A stretch of DNA of 64,000 nucleotides from Rhizaria sp. SCN 62-66 (lineage: Eukaryota), in the NCBI GenBank assembly GCA_001724265.1, contig MEDY01000158.1, forward strand, positions 1 to 64,000, given 5' to 3'. How positions within the stretch are numbered: the stretch's first letter is position 1; the number at the start of each line of letters is the position of its first letter. The notes under the pieces are model-generated. The model saw nothing but the letters and a program-made list of their open reading frames with translations. It made no database searches and was not told the origin of the DNA. The translations under genes and the position numbers were made by a program. Below are positions 39,218 to 51,917 of the stretch, piece after piece.

Positions 39218-39645
39218 CTTCGGTCTGAAAAAGAGTATAACAAAAGAACAGCGCGAGAAAAGTGGTTATTGGTAAGCGGTTTTACTTTAAAGCAGGTGAT
39301 CGCATCGCAGCCAGCAACAGTGGTGATCGAGTCGCTTTCAAGACATAGAGCGCACGAAGAGAGCGGATTCAGGGAAAACTTTAATTGAACATAGTCTGGA
39401 GTAAGAACGAAATATCTTAAACACAAAGAATCATTTCAACCACACGTCTCCAAGTATCCGAACGAAGTGATGCGAAATTCGAATCGTTTTTTTATTCTGA
39501 CCACGAGTGACCGTGCCAGCTCGCAACGCAAAGGAGCTGGACGGGACGTGATTAAGAGGGGTTTCAAGGGTTATAATACAGATTTTTCAAAATAAAACTA
39601 GATTTTAAGCTACAGTGCATCATAATTTAGCGACTTCCGGCGCGA

Positions 39646-42600
39646 TTAATAATCCGCGAGCTGCTCCTCATCGTCGTCATCGCCGTCAGAGCCCATCTCG
39701 TCACTATCAACATCGCGGATGGTGTCGACATTGCCCTGGCTCTCCCGCGCCCGCGGCTGCGGTTTGCCGCCCTGTTGCTGCAGCGTGCGCGAGCTGCCGC
39801 TGGGCGAGGAAAAGTTGCCCGCAGCCAGATTGCTGAGCGCGCGCGACTGCCCCAGCGCCTGTGCCAGCGTACTAAGCTGCCGCGGTGCCGGCGACGCCCC
39901 GGTGTCACCGCCGCCGTTCGCGCCGCTGGAGCCCGCGCCGCCGGTGAAAACGAACCCGGCGCGCTGACTCGCGTCGCCGATAGCGTTGGCAATCTGCTGG
40001 CGCGTCTGGTGCTGCGCGCGCTTCTCCTTGTGCTCGACACGGCGCAGCTGCTTCTCGAAGTCCTCTGCCAGGCGCGCCGCGTAGTGGGCGTAGATGAGGT
40101 TGAACTTCTGCCGCACGGAGCGGACTTTCTCCACGCGCAGCGCGACCAGATCCTTCTTGTAGATCTGCAGAATGGCGAAGCGGAACTCGCCGCGCTCGAC
40201 CCAGCCGTCTTGGTTGCGGTCCATGTAATAGAACATGGTCTCGCCAGAGTGAAACCCGGCCTCGCCGCCGCCGTTTTGGAAGTACGTCTTGACGCGCGCG
40301 CGGTTCAGCCGGCCCTTCTTGCGCCGGTCAATGTCGTCAAACCACGCGTTGAGTTCTTCGATGATCTCGTACGGCACCAGCGCCTGGATCCCGCCGAGCG
40401 GCTCTTTGACTTGGCCGAAAGACGTCAGCGTGCGCGTCATCGCGTCGGCCGTCGCGCGCTCGCGGCAGACTTCTTGCAGCTCGAGCTCGCCCCACGGCCG
40501 CGCGAGCGAGACTGTGGTGACGACGGGGTACTGTAGCACGGAGTGGTCGACCTGCAGCAGCAGCGGCGCGATGCCACCGTCGCGCAACCGCACGAGCAGC
40601 GCGTCGGCCGCGCGCGCACAGGGCCCACCGGAGCACTTGAACACACCGGTGGCGTCGAGCGGTGGCACGGCCAGCTCCCAGCCGCAGCGCGGGCAGGGGA
40701 AGTAGAGCCCCGGCGACCCGTCGTCTTTCTCTTCGGGGTACACAACGGGCACGTCGCGCGAGGCGAGCGCGTGGAGGTCATCGACGAGAGGAAGTGAGTG
40801 GCACCCGAAGACGACGTTCTTGCTGGCGAAACCGAGGAACATGCGGCACTCGAGCTCCTGCTCCGAGATGACGCGCGTGACCGTCATGCGCCGCGCCTCG
40901 CCGCCCTGACCGAGATCGGGGTCGCGGTCCAGAGACGCGGCCCAGGACGTCGCCGCGGCGGCGCAGCCCTCGGCGTTGTGGAGCACCTCGGCCCATGGGT
41001 TGATCATCTGCGGCGCTGAACCGCGGCGCGCGCGGGCGCCGCCCATCGCGGAGCTGATGCGCGCACTGGACGACAAACCGCTTGCGCCACCGCCACCGCT
41101 GCTGTGGCCGCCGATGCCGCTGCCCATCATCATCATTGTCGCGCCTCCCGCGGCGGCCGCAGCGGCTGCTGCGGCGGCGGCCGCGGCGGTCGCAGCTTCG
41201 CCGCTGCCCGCGCGGTGATCTGCGGTCGCTCCGCTGCCGAAAAGACGCTCGTCGTCGGTGTGTGGGCCCAGCGCGGCCTCGGCGTCGTCGTCAGCGCCGT
41301 CGTCGTCGTCGCCGATGACCGCGGCTAGGTCAGCCGGAGTCGCGCCGATCTCGCGGCAGGACGTGAAGTAAAGTCCGAAAAAGAGGCGCTCCATGCCGAT
41401 CACCTCGTGCAGCAGCGACGGGGTCGCCGATCCGGGTCCGCCAGCGGCCGCGGAGAACGGCAGCAGCAGGGGGTCCGCGCCGACGCCGCCGCCAGCCGCG
41501 GACCCGGCGAGCGTGGTCGCGGCCGTGCGCGCGGGCGCCGGGCCGACGCGGCGCACGGCCAGCAGCGGCGCGGGCTTGAACGTGCGCAGCAGCGTACGGC
41601 GCAGAAAGCGGTACGCGAGCGCTGTGCGCAGGTAGAACGTCGGCTGCGGCTCGACCGAAAAGGCCGGGCGCAGCGCGAGGGGCTCCACCCCGGGCGGCTC
41701 GGTCGCTGAGGGCGACATGTTGACGCGGTGCACTTCGCGCTGGCCGCCCGAGAGCGCGGCCGCGAACTGCGCCGCGTTGGACTTGGCATAATGCGGGCCG
41801 CGCACCAGCTTCGCGCGCTCAACCGACATGGCGTCTTCGTCGTTGACGAGCCCTTCGAGCGCATATACTGCACGATCGCGCCAGCCGGCGTACTGCCCCG
41901 GCGCGAGCGAGACCTTTCCAGCGGCGACGGCGGCGGCCAAGTGCGCGACTTGCTGCTGCGGGCCCAGCGTCCCGGAGCCGCGCGCGGGCGGCACGGCGGC
42001 CATGGCAGCGTCGAGCTTGTCCTGGTGGCCCATCGCGGGCGGCCGGAACGCGTGGCACGCCTCGCCACGCTTCTGCGGCTCAGCCCAGTGCTGCATCGAG
42101 TGCACGAACGGCGTGTTGACGTCCTTGAGCAGGTCCAGGTACGACGCGTAGGCAACGGAGAGTGGCTTATCGGCGCGCAGCACGCGGCGCGCGACGTCGG
42201 CGCAGTCGCGCGAAAGCGGTCGCCGCAGCAACATGTCCTGCAGATACACAGCCTCGAGCTCAGGATGCCAGTCGTAGACGTCCGTGGGGATGGCCTTGCC
42301 CTGCGCGGCGGCGAGCTCGGTCCACAGCGCGTCCTCGGCCGCCATGACGACCTCGTCCTCTTCAACGGCCTCGAGCAGTGCGCACTCCCAGGAAGCCCAT
42401 TCAGGAGTCGGCTCCAGTGCGGGCGGGAGCTGGCCCGCCGCGGCCGCAGCGGCTGCGGACCCCAGCGAAGACCCGGGGCGTGCGCCTGCGCCCGCGGCGG
42501 CGGCGGCGGTGGCGGCGGCGGCGGCGGAGCCCGTGGCGAGCGCCATCGACGCACGCCGCGGTGGCTTCATCGGGCTCATCGGCGTCGCGCCGCCCTCGCT

Positions 42601-44789
42601 CGTCGGCGGAGTTGACACGTCGCGCGTCTCACCGCTTGTCGCCGCGGCCAGCGCGGCAAGCACGGAGCCTGCTTGGCGGCGCCGGTCAGCGGTCGCGCGT
42701 GCGCGGGCTGCGGCGTCGGCCGTCTCGAAGCGCGCGAGCCACCGGCGCATGGCGGTTACGTTGGCGTCCGCGGCCTCGGCCTCGAGCTGCGCGGCCTCCT
42801 CGGCGAGCAGAGCGGCGACGTGGGCGCGGATGGCGTCCGTGATGCCCTCGCCCTCGAGCGCGCGCACGCGGGACGTGACGAACGCGAGGTCCTCGGCCGC
42901 GACGTCCTTGCGCGCAGTGATGTAGCTCAGCGCGGCGGTTTCCTCGGCGTTGTCGGCCTCGAGCGAGGCCTTGGCGACGGCCTGCATAGCGTCGAGCGCG
43001 TCCGCACGCTGCTCCGCGCCCAGCGCCGCCGCAGTAGCCGTGGCGGGCAGCGCGGCGAGGCGCTCGCGGGACTCCTTAAGGCGGCGCTTGGTGGCCTTGA
43101 GCGCCTCCATACGCTCGACCTCAAGCACACGCAAGTGCTCTTCTTGTTCGGCCAGGAGGTAATCGACCTGCTGCATGTATGCAGCCTCGATGTCTGCGGA
43201 GGATATCTGCGCGCCGAGCCGGCCAGTCACCATCACGGCCTCGCGCGGGACGTCGGCAGGGTCTTCGTCAGAGTCATCACCGCTGCCGTTGCCGTTGCCG
43301 TTGGAGCTGGCTTCAGGCATGGTGGCGAGCACGCCGTCCTCCGGCTCCTCCGCATGTGCACCGAGCAGCGCAGCAGCGACCTTGGGCTTACGCTTGTCTT
43401 TCTTGTCCGACTTTTCCTTGTGCGAGCCCTTCTTGTCGCTCTTGTCGCTCTTGTCGCTGCGGCGGCCCTTGCTGCTGCCGCTGCTGCCGACTTTGGAGGC
43501 GGCGGTGCGGAGCATGGCTTTCTCGTGGCGCGCCAGGTCAGACGACAGCGACTCGTCCTCGTCCTTGTCGCGCGCGGCGGCCGCAGCAGCGAGCTTCGCG
43601 TCCGCCAGCGCCTTAGCGTGCGCGGCTTCAGCCGCCTGTTTCGCCAGCTGCTGCCCCGTGATAGCGTCTAGCACGAGCCGGAACTCCTTGACCTGCTTCG
43701 CGCGCACTGCGCCCGCGGCGGCAGCGGCCTCACGGCGGCCCTCTGCGGCGCCCGGCGCGTCGAGCTCAAGCACCGCCGCGGCCCACTTGGTCAGCACGAG
43801 CGACTGCGCGCGCGGCAGCAGCTTCGCCACAGCGGGCGCCGCCGCGAGTCCCATCAGCCGGTCCGCGCGGCGACGGCGCGTGCGCTCTGCGTTCCTCGCG
43901 CGGGCCTGTGCGCGCGCCGAGAGGTGCTCAGCAGCGAAGGAGAGCACCGTCTCCATGACTGCGTGGCGCATCTCACCGCTCGCGGCGTCGGGCCCGCCGG
44001 CCGCGATGGCGGCGGCGTCGGCGCGGGCGAGCGCGGCGTCGAGCTGACCGGCGCGCGCGTCGACGCTTTTGTGCAGCTGTGTCGTCGCGAGTTGAGCGCG
44101 GACGAGCTCGCGGCGGGAGGCGCGCTGCAGCTCTTCGTGGAACGTCTGCAGCGCGGCAAGCGCCACAGCACGTGCGCGGGGGGGAAGCAGCGGAAGCTCG
44201 GTCTCGAGGCGCGAGACGATGCGCGTCGTCGGCAGCGCGCGCGCGCCGCCAGCGATGAGCGCGGCGGCCAAGTGGCGACGCAGGGTGGAGGCGGCGAGGC
44301 GCAGTGCGGGTGTATCGAGCCCGGAGCCCTGCGAGGAAGTTAAGCCGCCACTGCTGCCGCTGGCATTCGAAGACGGCGTGCCGCGCGCGGCGTTGACCAT
44401 GGCGCGAACGCCGGAAAGCAATCGGAGGAGGATGGCGCCGCGGGATGGCAGCGACGGAGAACCGCGTTGCGCGAGGAGTTCAACGGTCGCGCGGACACCA
44501 GCGTCAAAACGCTCGCATTTCCACGCAGCGACAGCAGCGGAGAGCGTGGTGGCCTGGAGGCGGTAGTCTGGCCGCGGGGAGAGGTCGGGCTGAACTTCAG
44601 CCTGTTCAATAGGGCCCGGCACGGTCTGTGGGGTCGTTTCCTCGACGAAGAAGCGTGTGCCGGTGACGTTGACGGAGTAGGCGCCGATGATGCGCTGCGG
44701 GTCGAACGCCGGCGCCGCGGGCTGCTGCTGCTGCTGCTGTTGCTGCTGGGAGTTGCGGGAGGCGCGGCGGCGGGAGCGGGTGGTGCGAA

Positions 44790-44852
<63 letters not shown>

Positions 44853-45276
44853 TGCTGGCGTGGGGGCGCGCGGAACCCGACTCGTCTTCGGAGTCAGAGG
44901 CGACAATCGTCACGCGCTTCTTGCCCGCGGCGGCCGGGGACGGCTTGGAGGCGGGGCCCTTCTTAACAGGAGCGTCGTCATCGTCGCTTTCCTCGTCATC
45001 GTCAGCGTCAGCCTCAGCGTCGGCGTCAGCGTCTTTGGTGGACACAGCGGCGGCTTCGGGTTCTTCCTCCTCTTCTTCCTCTTCGTCGGCATCAGCCTCA
45101 GCCTCAGCCTCAGCCTCCTCAGCCTCAACTTCAGGCTCGTCCTCAGCGTCAACGTCGGCGTCGACGTCGGCGTTGGAGGCGGCGCCGGAAGCGGCAGCAG
45201 CAGGGGGAGTGTCCGAGTCGGCCTGTGAGGCGTCAACTTGCGGGCTGAGGTTGCCCTCGTCCTCAATGTCAGACAT
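39646..45276 (-). CDS. 1876-aa protein of unknown function: acidic N-terminus, helical/coiled-coil region, unassigned globular region, Cys cluster, C-terminal EF-hand pair
   Basis: Single long ORF; EF-hand loop MDRNQDGWVERGEF preceded by degenerate DDIDRRKKGRLN; CPRCG...CSGGPC; stop TAA. Confidence 0.8.
44791..44850 (-). repeat. Coding (GAC)n repeat encoding poly-Asp
   Basis: About 20 perfect GTC units on the + strand within the 1876-aa ORF. Confidence 0.9.
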
Positions 45277-45884
45277 CAGGAGAGCTGTGTGTTAGCGCGA
45301 GCGAGCTGTGTGGCTGTACTGGGATGCAACTAAGAGAATGCACTTTCACTCAGGCGCGAACTCTTGACAGTGACGCGGGGACACGCAGTGCGGCAGACAG
45401 AGGGCGATTGGTAGCCGTGTGTGTACCGGGGAAAGGTCAAAAGCGGCGCGAGCTTTCACAAACGCGAGGTCTCGGGTGCTTTAGGGGAACGGGAAAGAGG
45501 AGCAAGAGAGTGGGCAAGCAGAGTTGTTAGGCGGGTTACAGTGGAGGATAGTCTCATTAACTGACGATAAAACTAAAATGGTAAAACGAAAACCCAACCC
45601 AATAACGTTGGAAGATATATATTTGCAACATGACAGAGCTGTGAGTCCTAACAGAGATGCTTTCGCGACCCGCTCAGAGAAACGGATTCAAGCCAGTCCA
45701 CTGGACGACCGTGGGCCGACCAGCGATCGGACGGGTGGAGGGCTGAGCTTCGCGCCTGATTTGTCGAAGCGACTGCGCCGTGTACTTCCGTCAACCAGAA
45801 TTGTGTTCGCTGTATGATATCAAACTTCTCATCAAATTTTCTGATTTTGTTTTAACTCTTTTTCCCAGTTTATCTATAGCGTCC

Positions 45885-46499
45885 ATGACGGACCAGCTGA
45901 CGCTGCCCGTCTCGGTCGTGACCAAGTTGCTTAAGTCCGGTCTGCCAGACGACATCGCGCTCGCAGGCGCGACGCGGACGATGTGCGCGCAGGCCACGGG
46001 TGTTTTTGTGTTGCACCTGACTGCCGCAGCGAGCGAGCGCGCGCGCAAGGCTAAGCGCGCGACTCTGAACGGCGACGACGTTCTGGGCGCAATTCAAGAG
46101 CTGGGCATGCCGGTTGTCGCTGCAGGGCTCGCGGCCTACGCGGAGGCCACACGGGGCGCTGCCGACGGGGCCAAGCGCGCGCGCACTGCTGCCGGGGCTG
46201 GTGCAGGCGTTGACGATGAAGAGGCTGACGTTGCGCTCGACGACGTTGACAACAACGACGACGACAACGATTACAACGAGCAAGAAAACAATGACGATGA
46301 GAACGATGATGCGGGCGCTGACAACGAGGAAGAAGAGGAAGAAGAGGAAGGTCAAGGCTCCACGCTGCCGATTGATCCCATGCCGTATAGCGACGACGAC
46401 GCTGGCGCTGGCGCTGGTGATGATGATGATGACAATAACAACGCTGGCTCCGAGGACGAAGGATATGGCGATGAGGGATACGGCGATGGTAACGATTGA
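45885..46499 (+). CDS. POLE3: Histone-fold protein, DNA polymerase epsilon subunit 3 / Dpb4 / CHRAC17
   Basis: LTLPVSVVTKLLKSGLPD...ATGVFVLHLTAAASERARKAKRATLNGDDVLGAIQEL followed by an acidic tail; stop TGA. Confidence 0.82.
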   Translation: MTDQLTLPVSVVTKLLKSGLPDDIALAGATRTMCAQATGVFVLHLTAAASERARKAKRATLNGDDVLGAIQELGMPVVAAGLAAYAEATRGAADGAKRARTAAGAGAGVDDEEADVALDDVDNNDDDNDYNEQENNDDENDDAGADNEEEEEEEEGQGSTLPIDPMPYSDDDAGAGAGDDDDDNNNAGSEDEGYGDEGYGDGND

Positions 46500-48013
46500 G
46501 CACGGCGACCGCTTGAATACTGTATTTGATACTGACTCCGTCTTGTTTGTGACGAATTAGCGCTTATGCGCACCTCTGTGCAGCTCCGGAAATGGCCATT
46601 GTTGCCAACGTAAAGACATTGACGTCGCAGCGGCTTCGCTGATACTACTTGTTCATAGGGCCGATGCTTGGCGAATCTCTCACTGATACTTAGATTACAT
46701 ATGAATACACTATCAACGTTCTTATAAACGCAACTATATCGTTTTAAGTCCTCCGGAGTCATTGCGAAAGCCTGGTGATACGCTCGTTGACATGGGCACG
46801 CGCGCTATTAAGTGGGATTGCAGAGCACAGAAAAATGAGCTCCAAGACAAAACAACATCGCGAAATATAGACATAAATACACCCGTAAACGCACCGTATA
46901 GCTCACAAAAGCAAGAGCCTTAACTAAAGCGCTCTAATGCAAATAACGCGACGCCTGACAAAGATCTGGCCCGTATGATGATTACCAAACAAGCATGCTT
47001 TAGGTAGGTCAAATGAGGGACTTATGTAGCGAAACTCAAGCGATGTATATATGCTACAATACCATATCCTTAAATGTGACATCATCATCATACATTCTGA
47101 TTTACTTACTCAAACGCCTCGTAATGTTCAAAAAACAAGTTGCAGAAACATAATCATCCGTCGCACTCGAACACGGATTTCTCACTGAATCCGTCGTCAA
47201 TAACAAAACTAATAGCAAGGCAGTGTTATCAAAGTCGCAAGGTAACAGAAATTAAGATCAGATGTGGGCCATACCTCGATATACCCCTTCAAGTCGCAAG
47301 AAAGATCCCCCATTTCACGATAGTGCGTTCGAAGGTGTGGCTGTGAGGTCCCACCAGTCGACCCCTTACAACACAGTCGTGCAGCGAGGGTAAATCTCCC
47401 GAAGCGTTGTGTGATCTGAAGTAACTCGGCCTTCCCGAAAGATTGATATGAGTTGCTAAAAGTGTCATGGCTCTCGCTGTGGTAATTTGCTCGGGCCGTC
47501 CTATGGTGCATTTGCAGTCGTATATCCTGATCTTCCGACCGTTCGAGGGCAGCCAGTCGCATCGTGTGGCGTTCAACGAGGGTGCTGCCGTCGCGACACG
47601 TTTCTGGCGCCCCCCGCGCTGGCGATCGTGCAAGGGACGCTTTGTGGACACAGCAGACTTCTTTATTTGCGTGATGATGTGCTTCGCAAACTGTATCTCC
47701 GATTGGTGGCTTCCCCAAGACGCCTCGCCGGTATGATTAGGCCCCTGCCAACCACGAACGCTGTGCTCGAGTGTAGCCACGTCGCTTGCGCTCGCGCGGC
47801 GCGATCCATGGTTCTTTACCGCCGCGTGGATATGCTCCAACTTGTAACACTTCTCTGCGTTGTATTCTCCCCACAATTTTTTTCGCTCACCGATTTGAAT
47901 CGCGTCTTTTCCCCTTTCTCTGCCCCGCTTGTGCGTGTGCCGTTCACTATGCCTCGCGCTGCCCCCACCTGCCCCTCCTTCGTCGCTCTCGTGCTCCCGC
48001 TACAGCAGTCGTT

Positions 48014-48631
48014 ATGTCCCGCGCGGCCAGCTACGACGTTCTCATCAAGCTTCTGTTGATCGGCGATACGGGTGTCGGCAAGTCGTGCCTTCTGCTCCGC
48101 TTCTCCGACGACGCTTTCACCACGTCGTTCATTACCACGATCGGTATTGACTTCAAGATCAAGACCATCGACCTTGACGGCAAGCGCGTCAAGCTCCAGA
48201 TCTGGGACACTGCCGGCCAGGAGCGTTTCCGCACCATTACCACGGCCTACTACCGCGGCGCCATGGGCATCCTCCTCGTCTACGACGTCACCGACGAGCA
48301 GTCGTTCCAAAACATCCGCAACTGGATCCGCAACATCGAGCAGCACGCGTCGTCCGAGGTCGACAAGCTTCTCATCGGCAACAAGTGCGACATGGAGGGC
48401 GATAAGGTCGTCGAGCGTGCCCGCGCCCAGCGCCTCGCTGACGAGTACCACATCAAGCTGTTCGAGACCTCGGCCAAGAGCAACATCAACGTCACAGAGG
48501 CCTTCCTGTCCCTCACTCAGGACATCAAGCGCCGTCTTATCGACGCTCCCGCGCCCGCCGCGGCTCCCAGCAAGGTCAACATCGCCCAGCCCAACTCCGG
48601 CTCCTCTGGCGGTGGCTGCCCCTGCAAGTAA
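48014..48631 (+). CDS. RAB8: Rab8/RabE/Sec4-type small GTPase
   Basis: [18 protein letters not shown], effector loop [45 protein letters not shown]-terminal CPCK; stop TAA. Confidence 0.95.
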   Translation: MSRAASYDVLIKLLLIGDTGVGKSCLLLRFSDDAFTTSFITTIGIDFKIKTIDLDGKRVKLQIWDTAGQERFRTITTAYYRGAMGILLVYDVTDEQSFQNIRNWIRNIEQHASSEVDKLLIGNKCDMEGDKVVERARAQRLADEYHIKLFETSAKSNINVTEAFLSLTQDIKRRLIDAPAPAAAPSKVNIAQPNSGSSGGGCPCK

Positions 48632-49964
48632 AGCATCCGCCGGGTAAACCGCGCGAACCGTGCAGGCAGCAACAACTCAACAGTCACCTAGTGCCTGCTG
48701 AGCAGCTTCTTTCGCGACTTTACTTTGCATAAGCTAAAGCATTGAGCACTGCTTTGCCGTGCTTTGCCTGGCTGTGACCTTTGTCCGTCTTTCTCTTACG
48801 TCCTCATATCTCAAACAATCAGTTCAGTGAGCCACGACGCCTAAACGCCCGCATCACAGCGTCAGTGCCAGCGTCTGCGTCTGCGTCTGCGTTAGTTGTC
48901 TGCGTGTAACTCTGTTGTACATGGGTGCTCGTGTGGCTTTGTGCGCGTGTGTGTATGTGTGTGTTGAATAAGTCAAACTATTTGTATTTGTATTGTATTA
49001 GAACACATCATCGTTACATACGCACGCAAGGGCTTGAGATACTTGTGTACAACACACACGACAACGAACACGCATGGGGCGGCTCCCTTTGTCGCTTCTT
49101 GAATATATTTTTTCCCGTCGACCATTTCGTTTCTCGGCATCCACCCGCGCGCGCGTGCAAACGCACTTGAGCCCGGCGCATTCACTGCAATCAAGGTGCT
49201 GCCGTTGCGCGTGCTGTGTTGTGATCGCTCACGTTGTTTTGACACATATGTGATCGATACACACGCTCGCACACGCGCACGCACACACACATTGCGCATG
49301 CGCTTGCTTTTGTGCATTTCGCTCGCGCGCTCGCTCTCTAGTCTGCCTGCGCTGTCTTGTCTGTCCTCTGTCTGTTCGTCCGTTGGCGTCGCTGTTGGTG
49401 GCCTCGGCCTCGGCGTGCGGCAGCGGCGGCGACGACGGTGGCTGTCGCAACTCACGGGCGGGCGCTGCACGCTTGTTGCGTCCGGCGTCTGCGCACCTCT
49501 ATTACTAGCAATACAGAATACCTTCTTTATAACTCTCCTTACTATCACAATCACAATTCAGTCGGCCAATAGATCTGTTCATACTTAAGCGCCTCAATTA
49601 TGTACGTTTTCATCGGTCGATATTATATGGTGTTGTTTGCAATGTAATTTGTTAGCAAGTGAGAAATACATGATTAATAGAGTCCATAGTTGTATTATTG
49701 CACTTAGGAGCTCTCGCTAAGAAACGGAAGAGTCTTTGTTTTGATTTGATATTGTTATTGTTATTATGGGGAGGTTGGCCCTCGCTTGCTTTGATTACCT
49801 GCTTGCATAACGAACGACAGTTAGATGAGGATAGATGTAGTAGAGAGTAGAGAAGAGTGAGGAGTGAGGAATGTGACTGGCTGCCTGATTGACAGTGAAA
49901 CAGGGTCGCCAGCGGTGCGTGCACACGCCCACACACGCCGAACGCCCCGCACAATCACAGCAGA

Positions 49965-50361
49965 CAGACAGACAGACACACACACACACACAAACACTGA
50001 CACACAAACACATACTTACACACACCTACACACACAAACACAACACTGCACACACTTTTCACACTCACTACATTACGCATTACAGCACAGCACAGCACAG
50101 CGCAGCACAGCACAGACATATCTGTGCGGCCACATGACACACGCTAAGAGCCGGATCACACTTATGAACTGGGCGACCCTGCAAAAGTACAGCACAGCAC
50201 AGTCTCGCACAGCAGCAGTACAGTCCGGCGGTCTTCGGCATCACGCTGCTGTTTTACACCGCACAGCAACGCGCCCCGCAGCAAAGCGGGATGACAGCGC
50301 CGCACGGACACAGAACGGATAGCGTTCGCACATATCATGTCAGCCATACCACGTGATAGCA

Positions 50362-50399
<38 letters not shown>

Positions 50400-50780
50400 A
50401 CACACACACACACAAAGAAAATGCACAGTGCACAGTGTCGTCGCTGGAGTCCGAACACGTTACACACTGCGCAGAGTAACACATCGCACGTGCACAGAAC
50501 GCCAAAACGCACGCGCAAGTGTACAAAGCCCACGGTTGCATGTTGTTTTTGCACAACGACGATGGCAGCCACCGCGCAGTACAGTAGTGCCGTTAGGTGA
50601 GTAAAAGCAGTGCAATCAAAAGCAGTGCCGAGCCGCGAGGGCGCGAGTGAATTCCGCGGCCCAAATGTGAGCCGCATCAACACCAGGAGTGAGACGGCAG
50701 TATGATGTAGCTGAATAAGTGTAAGTGTGTGTGAATGAATAAATGAATGAATGAATGAATGAATGAATGAATGAGTGAGT
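49965..50780. repeat. Microsatellite cluster: (CA)n, (CAGA)n, (CAGCA)n, (GAAT)n
   Basis: CA runs at ~49978-50060 and ~50365-50413, CAGCA at ~50083-50114, GAAT at ~50733-50773, in the spacer between the convergent Rab8 and G-beta genes. Confidence 0.85.
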
Positions 50781-51917
50781 AAGCGCGAAACTGCGTGTGA
50801 GCACCACGTGTTTTTGTGAAGAGGAAGCAACGACAAACAGAGGCTTTAAACAAAAAGAAAAAAGAGAGACACATGAAAATAAAAAGCATACGATAGTAGA
50901 CGTATGGCGACACACTATTTGTGACATGCTAACACATAAAAACATATAAACACATGTTTCCCGCACCGCAAACCCGGCCTTCATGCAGACACAGCAACAC
51001 GGTGCAACACGCAACCTCACAATAAGCAGTAGCAGTAGCAGGAGTGGACGTGTGTGCACAAGACAGAAAGCTTGCGCAAACGGCGCAGTGTGTGTCGTGT
51101 TGAGCAAGGAAGGTGGGTGCACGCTGAGGATGACTGTGGGGACGCCAATGCGGGCAAACGAAAGCAGAGGCGGACATCAAAACAAAACATCATATGACTA
51201 TTACACACTAAAACAAAGTATAGATGCTAAGAGCAGCATCAAAATCAATGAAAAACAAAACGACACGAAATGAAACGAACGAACAGCTATACGTAGGTAG
51301 TCGGCCCCCTGCGGCGGCCGCGGCGGCAAAAACACGGAGGAAATATAGGGAAAACATCCGAGTTGGTGAAGCCAGCGAGCCAAGCAGCGGGGGACGGGGG
51401 CAAGGGGGGTGAGTAGAGGGGGAAGCGGGGCAGCGCGCGGTGGGGAGCAGGAGTAGCAATGAGGCTAATGTCGCTGCACACACGTGGTGCCCGTCCAGTC
51501 TGTGTCTCATTTCTATCTCTCTCTCATTCTAAATCTTTCGGGGCCATGTGCGGCGAAGCAAATGCAGCATGCATAGCGCCGCAGACGTAGACGAGAGACA
51601 AAGAGACTGAGAGAAGAAGAGGTAGAGAGAGACAAAGACGAAGTAGTGAATGAAGTGGCGCGAAGCCACAATTACAGGACGCAGAGACCAGATAAATTAG
51701 AAGAAGAGAATTGAGACAGTCTGGAAGCAGAATAAGCAAGCGAGTGCGATTGATTGCAAGCGCGTTGTCTGTCTGCTGTCGGTGAACGCGTCACTTAGTT
51801 AAGACGCAGAAACACAAACAGACAGACATACTGACGCGATTATCACACTCACTGAGTAGCTGCGACCGTGAAGTAAGTACTCTTATCTTGTCTCGTACAT
51901 GTCTTATTCTTCTGCGC

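Noticed and set aside
46500-47900. Short ORFs of 68-195 aa between POLE3 and RAB8
   Set aside because: No codon bias or recognisable motifs, and overlapping on both strands; treated as intergenic.
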